In this document: positions 49,299-60,948 of the stretch, piece after piece
Position numbering within the stretch: position 1 is the stretch's first letter
Layout of the letters: every line of letters begins with the position of its first letter
Origin: Blasia pusilla
Taxonomy: Eukaryota
Direction: 5' to 3'
DNA length: 64,000 nt
Assembly (NCBI GenBank): GCA_050084515.1
Contig: CM114271.1
Location: 9,548,001 to 9,612,000 of the forward strand
Notes under the pieces: generated by a model
Told to the model about the DNA's origin: nothing
Databases searched by the model: none
What the model saw: the letters and a program-made list of their open reading frames with translations, nothing else
Program-made: the position numbers and the translations under genes

Positions 49299-51028
49299 TC
49301 CACATGAGAGTGGATATAGAGGGGGGATGTTGGATTCTCAGCATCCACTTCTCTAAGCACTATTAATCTGATCGGCCCCCTTGTATGAGGAGAAGCCTAT
49401 ATTGATGGTTCCGACTTAGATGTCAAAGGAGTCATAGTAATATGAGGTAGGTGGTTTTAGGAGTAGCATTACTAGGATTATCTAACCCTATATTGCATCA
49501 GGGTGCGGGGCATCTTGATGCATCGCGGGGGTCCGGTGGCGTAGCCCTTGGTATACCAAAACGACGCGCAGCCTTCGGCAAAATTTTTCTATTAATAGAA
49601 ATGAAGAAAAATAGGTAAAAACCCTAGTTTCTCGAGTAGTGAAATAGTCGGGAGCCGCAGCGGTAGCCGATTCTCGTATGTCGAGTTATCTCCATGTTCA
49701 GATTCCATCGAAGCTCTTATGTGAGCGCACGGATGGACTGGGCCACTGTGTATCTCTTAGTTTTGTACAGATTTCAGGTATTTTGTCACGTTCTATTTTC
49801 TCACACAGAGTTATCTGAAAAGAAAGTTAAATGGTGAATAACACGAGTAAACTATGATAGTGTGTTTGAAGTTAGGACAAAGATAGAAATCAAGAATTTC
49901 TCTCAATACCAAGTACCATTGCTTCCTACAAAATATCCTCTCTAGTGGAATAAGAAAGAACTCTCTGGTTAGGACCTCACTAAGCATGAAAGAACCTCTT
50001 AGAGAACTGAGTAGTTGGATGGCTCATCCTATCGTTGAAACTGAATCCATCATGGTAGGTGACTCTCTATCAAACAGATTTGATGCATATATCATATTGA
50101 CTATTCTTTCTTGAATGAGTTCCATCACCAGACTTTCCTCACTTCGCAAACCCGATAGAACTAGGGATAGACACCCCACGTTACGATGAAGAGAAGAGGT
50201 TCCTTTACTCCATCAAAGACAAGAAGTCTACAGTGTAGTTACAAGCTCAAGAGGGTACTCTCTCTTGTTTAGAGCATTCTTACAACATAGTGACGTCTTA
50301 AGAGAATGATGATACGAACTACTCTGGAAGTCTTTAAATACTATCTCAAATAGTAGTAGTTCTTGAGATTTGAAGTGCTTCTTGATAGGTAGGAACCTAT
50401 TGAAATATCTTTAATCTACGTTTTGGTTTACTTTACCTATGATCCCTGTGAATCCACTGGTTCTAACCGTCGTACCCTCTTATCTAACTTGAAACGGTAT
50501 GTCTCTTTGGAGCCTAACTACTCTAATGGCGTGCCTCTTGAAATCAATGACAATCTTTTCTTTGTTGTGAAGTCCTTTTAGTCCTCGTTACTTCTTTGAC
50601 TGCAAAGTGCTTCCCTCTTTGTCTTTTGTACAAGTGCTTCGTATTTCGGCACAAAGTACTTTGTCATCTTCATATTCTTCTTATTTTGTTACAAAGTACT
50701 TGGCTGTCAAGTGCTTCGCAGTCTTTGCCAATCTTCCTTACAAAGAGAAAAAGGTCTTCGTTCTTTTTCTTGTTACTCCTCTTTTCCATTTTCTACTCCT
50801 CCAAGGCAAGTCCTTGATCTTTCAATCTCACTGCCCTCTCCAAGGAGCTTTCCACCAATCCTTAAAAGTCCTCACTACTCAATTGCTCTAAGATCTTGAC
50901 AAAGAACTTTCTTATATACAATCTTTGCTACAACTGTAGTCTTCAATCTTCATTCTTGAAGACTTCTGTACACTTTTATACACAAAAATGTTTGAATCTT
51001 AAAAATTCTCAAAATTGGAAGTATCACA

Positions 51029-51154
51029 CAGATGCAATGGACCTTTTTCCAACCTCATCCAACATCTTAAGACGAAGCTACACTCGAACAATCCAATGAC
51101 CCTCTATGTCGTCGACGCGATAGAACTCTAGCTACTTCTAACTAAGATGTGACA
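51029..51154 (-). repeat. Piece 1 (outer end) of the split 5' LTR of Gypsy copy E
   Basis: Ends AGATGTGACA, the reverse complement of the family LTR start TGTCACATCT. CAATGGACC...CTCATCC...TACACTC is colinear with 25950-26075. Confidence 0.8.
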
Positions 51155-52312
51155 AATTTAAGATTGATGTCAACTTTTATCTAGAGAAGGTGGATGATCT
51201 CAATCCACTATTTTTGTTCAAGTCAAGAAATGGAGTGAAGAGAAACAAAATGTGCATGCCATAGGTGGAGAGGGCAAAGTGAATCGCATAGGCTCTGGAG
51301 GTCATCATGGAAATCATTGCCACAAAAGATGTCCATTGTGGGAATGGAATAGGATGAATATATTGGGTTAGGAATAATACTAGTGTTTTTGGGATGTATG
51401 TTGTACACATATGTTGCTTTTCCACATGTTCTTGCGATGACTTTGTCCAGAGAGAAACAATTGGGAAAAGATATTTCCCTTGTAAGCACATGAACTATGT
51501 TTTGCTGGTAGCTTTGAGAGATTCGGAGCTAGGAGTAAGAATCCACCAACCAATTTCGTCCCTTAAAGAAGTGCGAAGTATCCTAAAGAAGCCATTGTGA
51601 GGATGCAACATCACGTCTAAGAGTGTAGTTTGGAAATGCCAAATTGTTCACTACGAGCTTGAACTCTTATCAATATGCTTAAATGATATATTTTTTCAAA
51701 ACTTGGATGGAAAAAGTGATTTATTCCACATTTGTGATTCCAATGAATTTTCCAATTTTTAAATTATATGTTGAGAGATTATTGGATATAGGAATTATTC
51801 GAGAAATTGCAACCCGTCGAATTCAGACGGGTTGCCATAATGGAGAAGAGGAAATTGTTTTGGGGAATGACTCAGAACAGAGAACAAAATTATAAAATAC
51901 ATTAAAAAAAAATCAAATTGATGCAATCTGTCAGACATGTTGCCAAGTACCAATATTTGCAACCCGTCGGATTCATATGGATTGCGAGCCGACAGAACCC
52001 AACAGGTAACATATGTGAGTTGGAAAGGAGAAAATATTGTTCTAACGTGCTGCATAAAGTTTCCCCATTGCCTTATACGAAAAGTCCACCAACTTAACCA
52101 AGAACACAATTAATCTTTATATTTCCCGTTAATTGCATGCTTCCGCCACCACACATGAAGCTCTTATTGGCACTCCATAGCCTGTTTCAAGGTTTCGCTG
52201 TCTTTGCAACATTGTTGTAGAGCAACATGCTCCGTTCTCTTATTTTCATTGATGCAAGATTTTGTGGAGCGAGTCACGGACTGTTGCCGATGGAAAGGAT
52301 TTGACCTCTCCC
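51155..52312. mobile_element. Rearranged MULE copy 3 fragments: SWIM end on + (51155-51600), core fragment on - (~52040-52312)
   Basis: CSCDDFVQRETIGKRYFPCKH matches 36430-36880. WLSWWTFRIRQWGNFMQHV matches 25360-25420. Confidence 0.85.
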
Positions 52313-55300
52313 ACAAGAGTGCCTCCTCCTACCATTGCCCATCTAGAGGCACTCTATCTACTACTAGCAAGAACTAAGCATATGTTTTGCTCCCTCAACA
52401 TACAGTTGTAGTAGAACTTCTTAGTATACCGTTATTTTATGGATTTTCACCATGTGCAAGCTCTCGTGAAACCTAGAAATCGAATGCTTCTCTATATGTA
52501 TAAAGGTTTCTCTCATTATTCTTCCCCGACTATGCATAGATAATAACTAGTATATTCTTCCAATTTGGTTGTTGAAAATCCATGGTTCAAGATGGTTTAG
52601 GATACCATAAATGGCACGGATGGTTATACAAAAACAATCTTGAACTGAGTATAGCTAAGCATGTGGATTGCTTCTCATGTCGTCTTTAAGAATGTGAAAG
52701 ATGTTTGTAGAAAACTTTGGACCTAAAACCATGTGTTCTCCACAAACTATGACTACAAAATTATCGTTTCTTGATGGGATCTGCTGATGTGTTTAGTCTC
52801 TCTTGTTCCAAGCATCTAAATTGTAGCTCCAACCTACAAATTTTCAAACTACGTGTTTTCATTAACATGCCATCAACATATTTTACGCATAAGTATCCAA
52901 TAGTCAGTGTTGGTGATCTAGTCAACCTTTGCGGTTAATGTTTTGAGAGGCTACATGCTCAATTTTGCAGTGAAGGATCTCTCTATCACGAGGCTTAGTA
53001 GGTGAAGCTATACCTCTTGGGTTGGGCATTCTATTCTAGAGCATGCCATGGACACAATGTGCATATCTCACATGCGTTGTTTGAATTGGGCCGATGATCT
53101 AAGTCTCCAAATTGGGTGCATTGTTTTGTGGATGGTGTTGAATTTGGTGCATTGAAGTCTTCACTTCTCCAAAAAGTGTTCGTATGGAGGGGTTCTCATG
53201 TTTTTGGATCAGAGATTTCTTCTCCCAGGTCAACAAAAAGAATGTGGCAAACACTGATTCATCTTTTCTTGACTACGCTCCTTCATCCACGAGATATATG
53301 CCCCCCGCAATAGTCCAAATACCAACATTGCTAATAACTAATAAGAGATTCAAAACCTTCAAAGAGGAAATTCATCAAACTAAATAAAGCTCACATGTAA
53401 GGACATGCCCACATTAGATTCACATTCTTTAGGAATATGAATCCAAAAATAGTCTAAGAGAAGGATGAAACTAAGTGGAACAACAGTTTAAGCTACATAA
53501 GTCATGGTCAAGGACCGTTTTATTTCATATTTACTATCCACTTATATCCGCCACCGAGGAAGAAGAACTTTTGAAAATTCATAGCTCCACATCTGGACAC
53601 AACTCTATGAGGTAGTTTCCTAGAAGAAGGCATTCTTTACATATGACAAAGAATATTAGATACGAGAGAGGTAGAACCATCCAAAGATTGCAAGTGTGAA
53701 CTGTGAAGGAGGGAGGTGATGAAGTGCACTCGATGGTTGGAGATTAAAGCTATCAAGTCTATGGAATAAGTTTGGAAATCGTAGTAGGAAGAGGGTAGCA
53801 ACAATAACATTCACTCCTTGACATGTTATAGTCATAAATATGGAGTAAGTATTGATAAAAGAAGGGGAGCAATAGTATGCCAATGGCGAGGATAAAATCC
53901 TTTCTACTTTCTCGGGATTGGTTTCTTTTGCCTACAACTAGGATTGGTTTCTTTTGCCCACAACTAGAATTGCATCTCGCAACACAGATAGAGAATATAT
54001 ATGAATTATAAAGCTTTAGTCAAAGAGCTTATGGTCTTACCCAATTTCCACCTCAAGCTCACATTCAACTCCGTCTTCTTCAACTCCATCTTTGTCTTTA
54101 GTTTAGTTTCTTGCCATCATTTCAAGCCCAACACTTGCTCTTGCTTTGGATAGTTAGTTTTGCAAGATAAAAGAATTGGAGTGCATGATCAAATGTTTTC
54201 ACCTTCCCCTCCCCTGGCATCACAACCCCATGCCCTTAAGCACATCAATGTTTCAACTTTCTTGCATTGGATGTTTGGCTACAAAGCACGCAATAAACCA
54301 TTCCATGAACTTGCATTATAAGAAGTTTAGAATGTGGCTTAGGGTTTAGGAGAGGGGGAGGTCAATCCAACCCAAGTACTCTAAAAATTCCCTTGAGGCT
54401 GCCCACGTAATCCATGCCCCGAGATCAATTTTATGGACTAATGCGATGCTATCTTATACCACCATTAGATATTCCAAATCACTAGACCAGATTTGTTCTT
54501 TACACAAATCAAAAAGAAGTATTAAAATTGGTGGAGAAGCGGGGTTGGATCATTGGTTTTGGGTTGGGAAGTTGTTAAATTAGGAATAAGGGGGGAGGCG
54601 CTACCATTTCAAGATCGCTCCATTTTCCATTTCCTTGGTACGCCACTAGTAGCCATGAGGATTATGGTTATATCATGGATGGTTTGCCAAGCAATCCATT
54701 CATGATGGTGGAATTCTGTTTGGGCTTTTCACGTATTGGTTGAAAAATATTTGAAGAGGAAGCCTAAAAAGGATATCTGTGAGGATGGGTTAATGGGACA
54801 GGATACATAGATCCGCCTCTAAAATCCAAGAACCAAATTCTAGGCGCTCAGTGGGGGTTTGCGGGTAGGATAGAGGGTTCACAAGTTCCCAAGTAGTGGG
54901 AGACCCTAAACTCGAAGCCATTAAGGCTCTCGATACTATAGATATAGCTCTTCGTTGAGATTTATTTGATACAAGGTGGAAACCATGGAATGGAAAATTC
55001 GTTCATGGAAATCAAAGAGAGAATCATTAAGAAAAAGTGAAATGAAAAACATAACAAAAAGATTGGAAAAAATAAATCAATTAAAAAATGATAGGTAGAC
55101 CCCCCCTTGAATGAAACAAGAAACTTAAAAGGAAATTCCTCACCTCATCATGATGGAGAGCAAATGATCATTATATCTCGTTTCCAATAAAAGTTAAGAC
55201 CTTGAAAGAATATAAATGGAGGAGACTTTGGATCAAATGAGGAAGGAAAATTTCTTGAACGTTGGTCGTAGCGGTATTCAATGAGCTCTATAGAACTAAG

Positions 55301-56162
55301 TTATCATAACTTTACATACAACATATCTAGAAGAAATAAACCAAACTATCATAATTTTTTTTGAAATATGAAAAAAATACATGTTTGAGTGAGAGATCCT
55401 TACAAATAAATTCTTCCCTCCACCAAACGTTTCTAATTTTTCCTCTTGTTGGGGTAAGAAAAAAATCTTCTATATTAACATGCACATAATCATTAGGATA
55501 AAAATGAAAAAAAATCCATTGAGCAAAAATTCCTCCATCGGGCTACATATGAAACAACTCACCCAACAAACGTCTAAGCGAAGGAAAATTAACACCCTCG
55601 ATTGTCCCAGTTTTTGCACCGACTTGTGTTTTTCGTTTGACCTTGTATGGCTCCACTCAAGCTTCCTTGTTTCTTTTTTAGATTCTTTGAAAGAAAAAAT
55701 AAATTCTGAAAATTTTTATGTATTTGTAAAGATATACAAATTATATGCCCCACGTTATGATACCTGGATTAACTGCATACGAATTCGGGAGTGGAGGACG
55801 CTTTTGCATGGACTCAAGATATACACTTTGGAATAGAACTACAATGACTACGTTGCTTAATCACTGTGATTCCAAGAGCGGTAGTTATCCGTGTGCAAGT
55901 TGACAACAAATATTTTTTTAATGATATTGTTTCATTTCTTTTCTATTGAACTTTAGCTTGGTATATATGTTGGAAGATTTGCTCGGCTTGGGCTTAGCCA
56001 CTCTCGTTTGTTTCTTGAATAACTTCCACGTATGTATGGATGGGTTTAATATGTGTGTGAGTTGTATGCTCTAGTTTGGGGTCATACCAATTTTTCATAG
56101 CTTTATATTGTAATCAGGTCATTTGGGTAGTTCAATTATATCCTAAAATCCATGTACCTATG

Positions 56163-57468
56163 TGTAATGTACAAGGATAATAGTAAATAATCATTTTGGG
56201 AGTATTTATGAAGTTTGATCCCCAAGAATATCACTATTATCCAAAAAGAGAGCTTTAAGGTGTGTTATTTATGCAAAGGTGATAATTATGCTTATTCAAA
56301 GCAGATTCAAACATATGTCATTTTATTCTTCTCCTCACAAGTACCAAGATTTCCTTTCTTGTGTTCTCTTGAGTGGTAGAGAACAAACTCTTTGGCAGAT
56401 GCTTCCTTAACACAAAAGAACCTCACAGAGATCTCAATCACTAGATGGCTTCTCCTATTCTCAGAACTGAATCCGTCTCGACACGTTACTCTCTGTCAAA
56501 CAGATTTGCTACGTCTCGTAATCGATTATTCTTCTAGTGCAAGAGGCTCTCCCAATCATTTCTCACTCCGTAGACCCAACAAGATCTCTCAGACATATGC
56601 ATCGCACATCAGAATGAAGAAATGAGGTATGTGCTATTCCATCAAGAACAAAAAGGTTGTAAAGTGTTTACAAGCGTGAGAGGGTACTACTCTCTAGCTC
56701 GGATAATTCCTACATCATAAGGACATCGCAATAGAACGAGAATCTCCTTTGAAAATCTGTAAATAGTCTCTTAAATGATGTCAGTAACAAAGATATGAAG
56801 CACTTCTTTAGAGTAGACACTTCTTGGGATCTTTTAACTACTTTAATCTATGGTTCTCTTAACTCTTCCTATGATCCCTAGGAATCCGCTGGTCGTAACT
56901 GCTCTACCTTCCTATCTATTCCAAAAATTCACGCCTCTTCCTAGCCTAACTACTCTAACGGTGTGCCGCTTGAAATCACAGACAGTCTTCTTTTCAATGC
57001 GAAGTCGGGACCTCTTCCTCTTCGTTAATAGATGAAGCGCTTTGCTCTTGTTCCAAGTGCTTCGTTCTTCGTTCATGTGCAAAGTACTTTATTCTTCGTC
57101 TTCTCTCCAAATACTTTGTTCTTCATCTTGGAGCTTCAATGAAGAGCGAAGTACTTTGTTAACAAGTTCTTTATCTTGCTTCATTGTCTTTGCCGAGCTT
57201 CGCTCTTGGTCTTCAGACTTCGTGAATTCATTTCCCTCTCATCCAAGGCAAGTCCTTGATGTTCCACCTCTTTGCCTTATCCTAGGAGCTTCATAATCCA
57301 TTCCAATATGCCTCACTCTTTCATAACACCAAAAATAATATTCAAGAACTCCTTAATATACAAGCTTTACTTCATATAGTCTTCAGTCTTCATTCTTGAA
57401 GACTTCTATACTCTCATTGATACAAAAATGTGTATATCCTCAAAATTCGCAAAATTGCAGGTATCACA
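56163..57468 (-). mobile_element. Diverged solo LTR of the element A group
   Basis: TGTAATGTAC...GGTATCACA. TSD CTATG (56158-56162, 57469-57473). Shares GTTACTCTCTGTCAAACAGATTT and GCATCGCACATCAGAATGAA with the A LTR. Confidence 0.9.
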
Positions 57469-57822
57469 CTATGGAGAAAGATTCGCCTCCATGTGAGGGT
57501 ATAAGTTAAAGAGTTGTAAGACAAACCTTGAGAATTTCCTCTCTTTCGGACGATTGTATACCACGGACTGAAAATGTGTATTCAATTTATCATGCCTCAT
57601 ATATTCTATGTGAATACTTTGAAAATTTCAAAATGTTTTGCAAGGATATATGGGACAATCGGGTTAGATATTTTTTCTTCATATTTTAACTTCGGGTGAA
57701 ATTTTCAAGGAATTTGTGGAAAGTAAATGGTATATCCAAAGTCTTAGTCGTAGGAAAATCTAGGTGTATCTTGTACATAGATACCATTATATGCCAAGAT
57801 AGTTCACGTGAATACACAAATA

Positions 57823-58090
57823 TCTATATTATTAGTGGAGAGTGGCACTTGAGAACTTTGAGAGTGAATTGTGGGAGGTAATTTAAACCCGTGCATCATT
57901 GGCTTACACTAGTCTATATTATTAGAGAATGCCTCATTTTGCAAACTCTTCTCCTTTTGACACTTGGCAATTTCAATCAACAGGATTGCCTTTAGAACCA
58001 ATAGGATTATTGAAAATTGATTTAAAATGGCACTTGAAAATTAATAATGAGAGATAGTTCAACCTTATGTATCGCACGGGCATACAACAA
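57823..58090 (+). mobile_element. Two abutting miniature Helitron-like remnants
   Basis: TCTATATTATTAG starts at 57823 and 57913. CCCGTGCATC...CTAG ends at 57912, and a degenerate ...ATCGCACGGGC hairpin half lies at ~58070. Confidence 0.5.
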
Positions 58091-59035
58091 TATTTTATTA
58101 TTGAAGAATTCCTTGCTATTTTCAAAATACCTCTACGTTAACACTCGATATTTTCATTAGTCATGTTTTGAGATGTGTCTTCGAATTAGTTTACAATCAA
58201 TTTGAGATTTATCCATTCGAAATTGGTGCACAATGAATAATTCAAATTACTAGTCATCAACTCAATAAATCTTATAATTATTTCTTATTTCTTATTATGT
58301 AAAATATTTTATGATACCACTCATACTAATTAAAATTTATTTGAAAGTTTATAATATTCTTGAAATTATATTGACACAACTATATTTTTTTGTTTTTTAC
58401 CTTGGACATTTTCGTACAATCGAGGGAACGAACCAAACCTCGATATTTGCCCGATTGGCACGTCTACCGATTTCGAAATGCCAAATGATTTAATTTACTA
58501 TACTGTATTAGGCACGTAGCCGCACAGATACGAGGCTCGTGAATACAGGTTCGGCGAGATTCGGCTCGGTCGTCACAGAGTAACGTCGGATTCCGAGAAT
58601 GGCGTGCTGAGCCTCTGGCGGTGGCTCCTGATTGGGGACAGCGTGGGAATGAGGCAATCACGCCTTGAATTGGATTGGGTGTGATGGACACGTGGCGAGT
58701 AGAAGCAGCGAAAGTGCGCCAGGCTGGAGACACCGATGACAGACTGTACGACCGGTCACTGATGCTCTGGCAGAGAGGCATGTCTGTGCACGATGGATCC
58801 GAAGTCAAACCCGGAGGATACTGCTTAAGCTGAGCCTGAGGTTAAGAGCGACAAGCAGCTAAGGCTGCATGCCTTAGCTGCATACCCGGACGTGAGTGAG
58901 ATGAATTTCTAAATCGGGAGCCCTAAAGAGTGACTCTTTCTCGGCATCGTATGCAAATCCCCGCTGTGGGGAGGGAGATTCTTTTGACTGTTTGTTGTCT
59001 CTTAGACCTTCTCCAGGTAAGAAGTAAAGATCAGA

Positions 59036-59137
59036 GGCTTGAGAGTTTAATTAGAGCAGATCATCCCCGGATCCAGATGCTCCTTTTTGGAGCGTCCGGA
59101 TCTGGGGATGATCTGCTCTAGTTAAATACTCAAGACC
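59036..59137 (+). repeat. ~100-nt foldback inverted repeat
   Basis: TAGAGCAGATCATCCCCGGATCCAGATGCTCC-TTTTT-GGAGCGTCCGGATCTGGGGATGATCTGCTCTA (3 mismatches in 32 bp), extending imperfectly outward. Confidence 0.85.
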
Positions 59138-60948
59138 TAATTGTGCTGCGTTATGAGGGGGAATCTGCAGGAGGGCCCGCTTCTTTCGGGAGTTGCGATG
59201 CACATATTTCCATGGTGTTCGTTGGGATTCTATCCCAGCAGCCAGCCCACTTTTGTCTCTGCTTGGAAAGCTTGGTAGCTTATCAAGACATCTCCCCCTG
59301 AATAGTGTTGCTTGTCGTGTCGTTGGGAGACCATGGTAGACAGTAGTAGACACATGCCATAGTTTTCCAGTCTCCCGTGCTATCTCGCCCCAGCCCATTA
59401 GTTGTGGTGGCGGGTGGATTGTGGATCGTCAGAATGAAGTGACAATCATCCGACATTATTGATTCCACTGAAGACGAGTAGAAGACATCGGAGGACGAGG
59501 ACGATGTCAAGCACCCATGTGGGCGTCGAGAGCAAAAGCTGGATTAGAAAGAGGAAGATGATGCAACTGTGATCTCAAAGGACATTCTAGAAAAACAGCT
59601 CCCATGTGACGCAAAGACCAATATCTTGGCAAGAAGGCATGTGCTCTTGTCAGCCTCCCCTTGTGGGTCGGGCACTTGTAAGTCCAACTTGCCACTCTTC
59701 CATTTTCTACATTATCTTCTTTCCTTGCCCTGCCCACCCCTCAAGAACTGTACGCTTCCATGTCGGGCAGTGGAAGATTCACTGGAGAACTCTTGTCTTC
59801 TTACTCGGTGGAGAGCAACACCAAGCAAACCCGACTGTTGTCCAGTTAACTCTCCCATTCCCTCTGTAGACCTACGTCTCTCCCCATCCTTGTTGTATTC
59901 CCGGTGGTTTCTTCATCGTCTTTGATTCTTTATTTCCTCCCCAAAACTCTGACTACAGCACTCCGTTACTCATCCTCGGAAAACAGTATTATATACCATC
60001 TAAGTTGCGCCTGTGGCTGTCCGCAACTGCAGAACTGCCCTCCTACTAGCTCACCGCTAACAGCCCTAGCGATGGCCACGTAGCTTCGTTTCGATCATGA
60101 GGGGTAGGGTCATCCATTAGCCAAGGGATAGGAAACACAGTCCTGGCATTTACTGCTAAGCACGTACGCGATGAATTGCATCTAAACCCGGGATATCCAC
60201 TACAACCCGTGATTGGGGCGGGAGTCAAGTAATGTCCTATCAATGGGACTTTGGGCATATTATCGCTACCGTTTTCGGCAGCTAGGGCTTATGTAGGCGC
60301 GAGGCTAGGGGTATGTATGACATGTATGGCAAGATTGATTGATTCTCACATCATTAATGCATCCTTTACCATCATCCATCACCATGACCATGATCATCAC
60401 AATCATCCATGAATCCGTGGGTATGGTATGGTATATGTGCATATGGATGCCCATAGAAACCATAGACAGCCATGGCAATGCTGACATCACATGCATAAGA
60501 AACACAACGCACGCGGCTTAGGTCGTGCAGCCATGGCGCTTTGAGCGGGGATCAAGTGCGCGAAGTGATTGAATGTTTGATTTGATTGATGCGCGAGGCG
60601 TTTGATGCTGGTTGTTGTTTAACGGAGGAATGTATGCTTTCCATGCGATAGAGACCACGAAACAAACAAAATAAAGAAGGTGGAGCACATCCCCTGCCTA
60701 CAAATTTATGCTTCATGCTTGAAGAATCATTCTAATCGTTGGCAAAAAGTTCAATTCTATTTCACTTGTGCGTCCATACGCCACAGAGGTCGGGAGGATA
60801 TTAGGGTAACTTTGGAAACGGAGGAACATTGGAGACGGTCAGGGCTACATTGGTAAGTGACTCATTCCTATGTGCATGCCCTGCCTTTGTAATTTTTTCC
60901 TTGCACCGGGTTCTTCCTTGCATTGTGTTTTCATAGTAAAAGCGTTGT

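Larger units (their letters stand above)
37613..49803 (+). mobile_element. Ty1/Copia element 1
   Basis: 476-bp LTRs 37613-38088 and 49328-49803. TSD CACAG. PBS TGGTATCAGAGC (38091-38102, tRNA-iMet). PPT AGAGGGGGGA (49318-49327). Confidence 0.95.
37539..51028 (-). mobile_element. Old solo LTR of the element A group (37539-37612 plus 49809-51028), split by Copia 1
   Basis: TGTTATGTAC...TTCGTTCCCCAAAAAGATCA resembles the start of the A LTR and it ends AAAATTGGAAGTATCACA. Internal motifs are shared (TTTACTCCATCAA, ACAAGCTCAAGAGGGTAC). No TSD retained. Confidence 0.75.

Noticed and set aside
52312-56160. Possible host gene or decayed TE in AT-rich sequence
   Set aside because: Only short ORFs with no recognisable motifs or termini; cannot be assigned by eye.
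58460-60900. Host protein-coding gene in the GC-richer unique region
   Set aside because: The ORFs are short and unrecognisable, and I could not build a consistent exon chain. It may be UTR, promoter or non-coding transcript.
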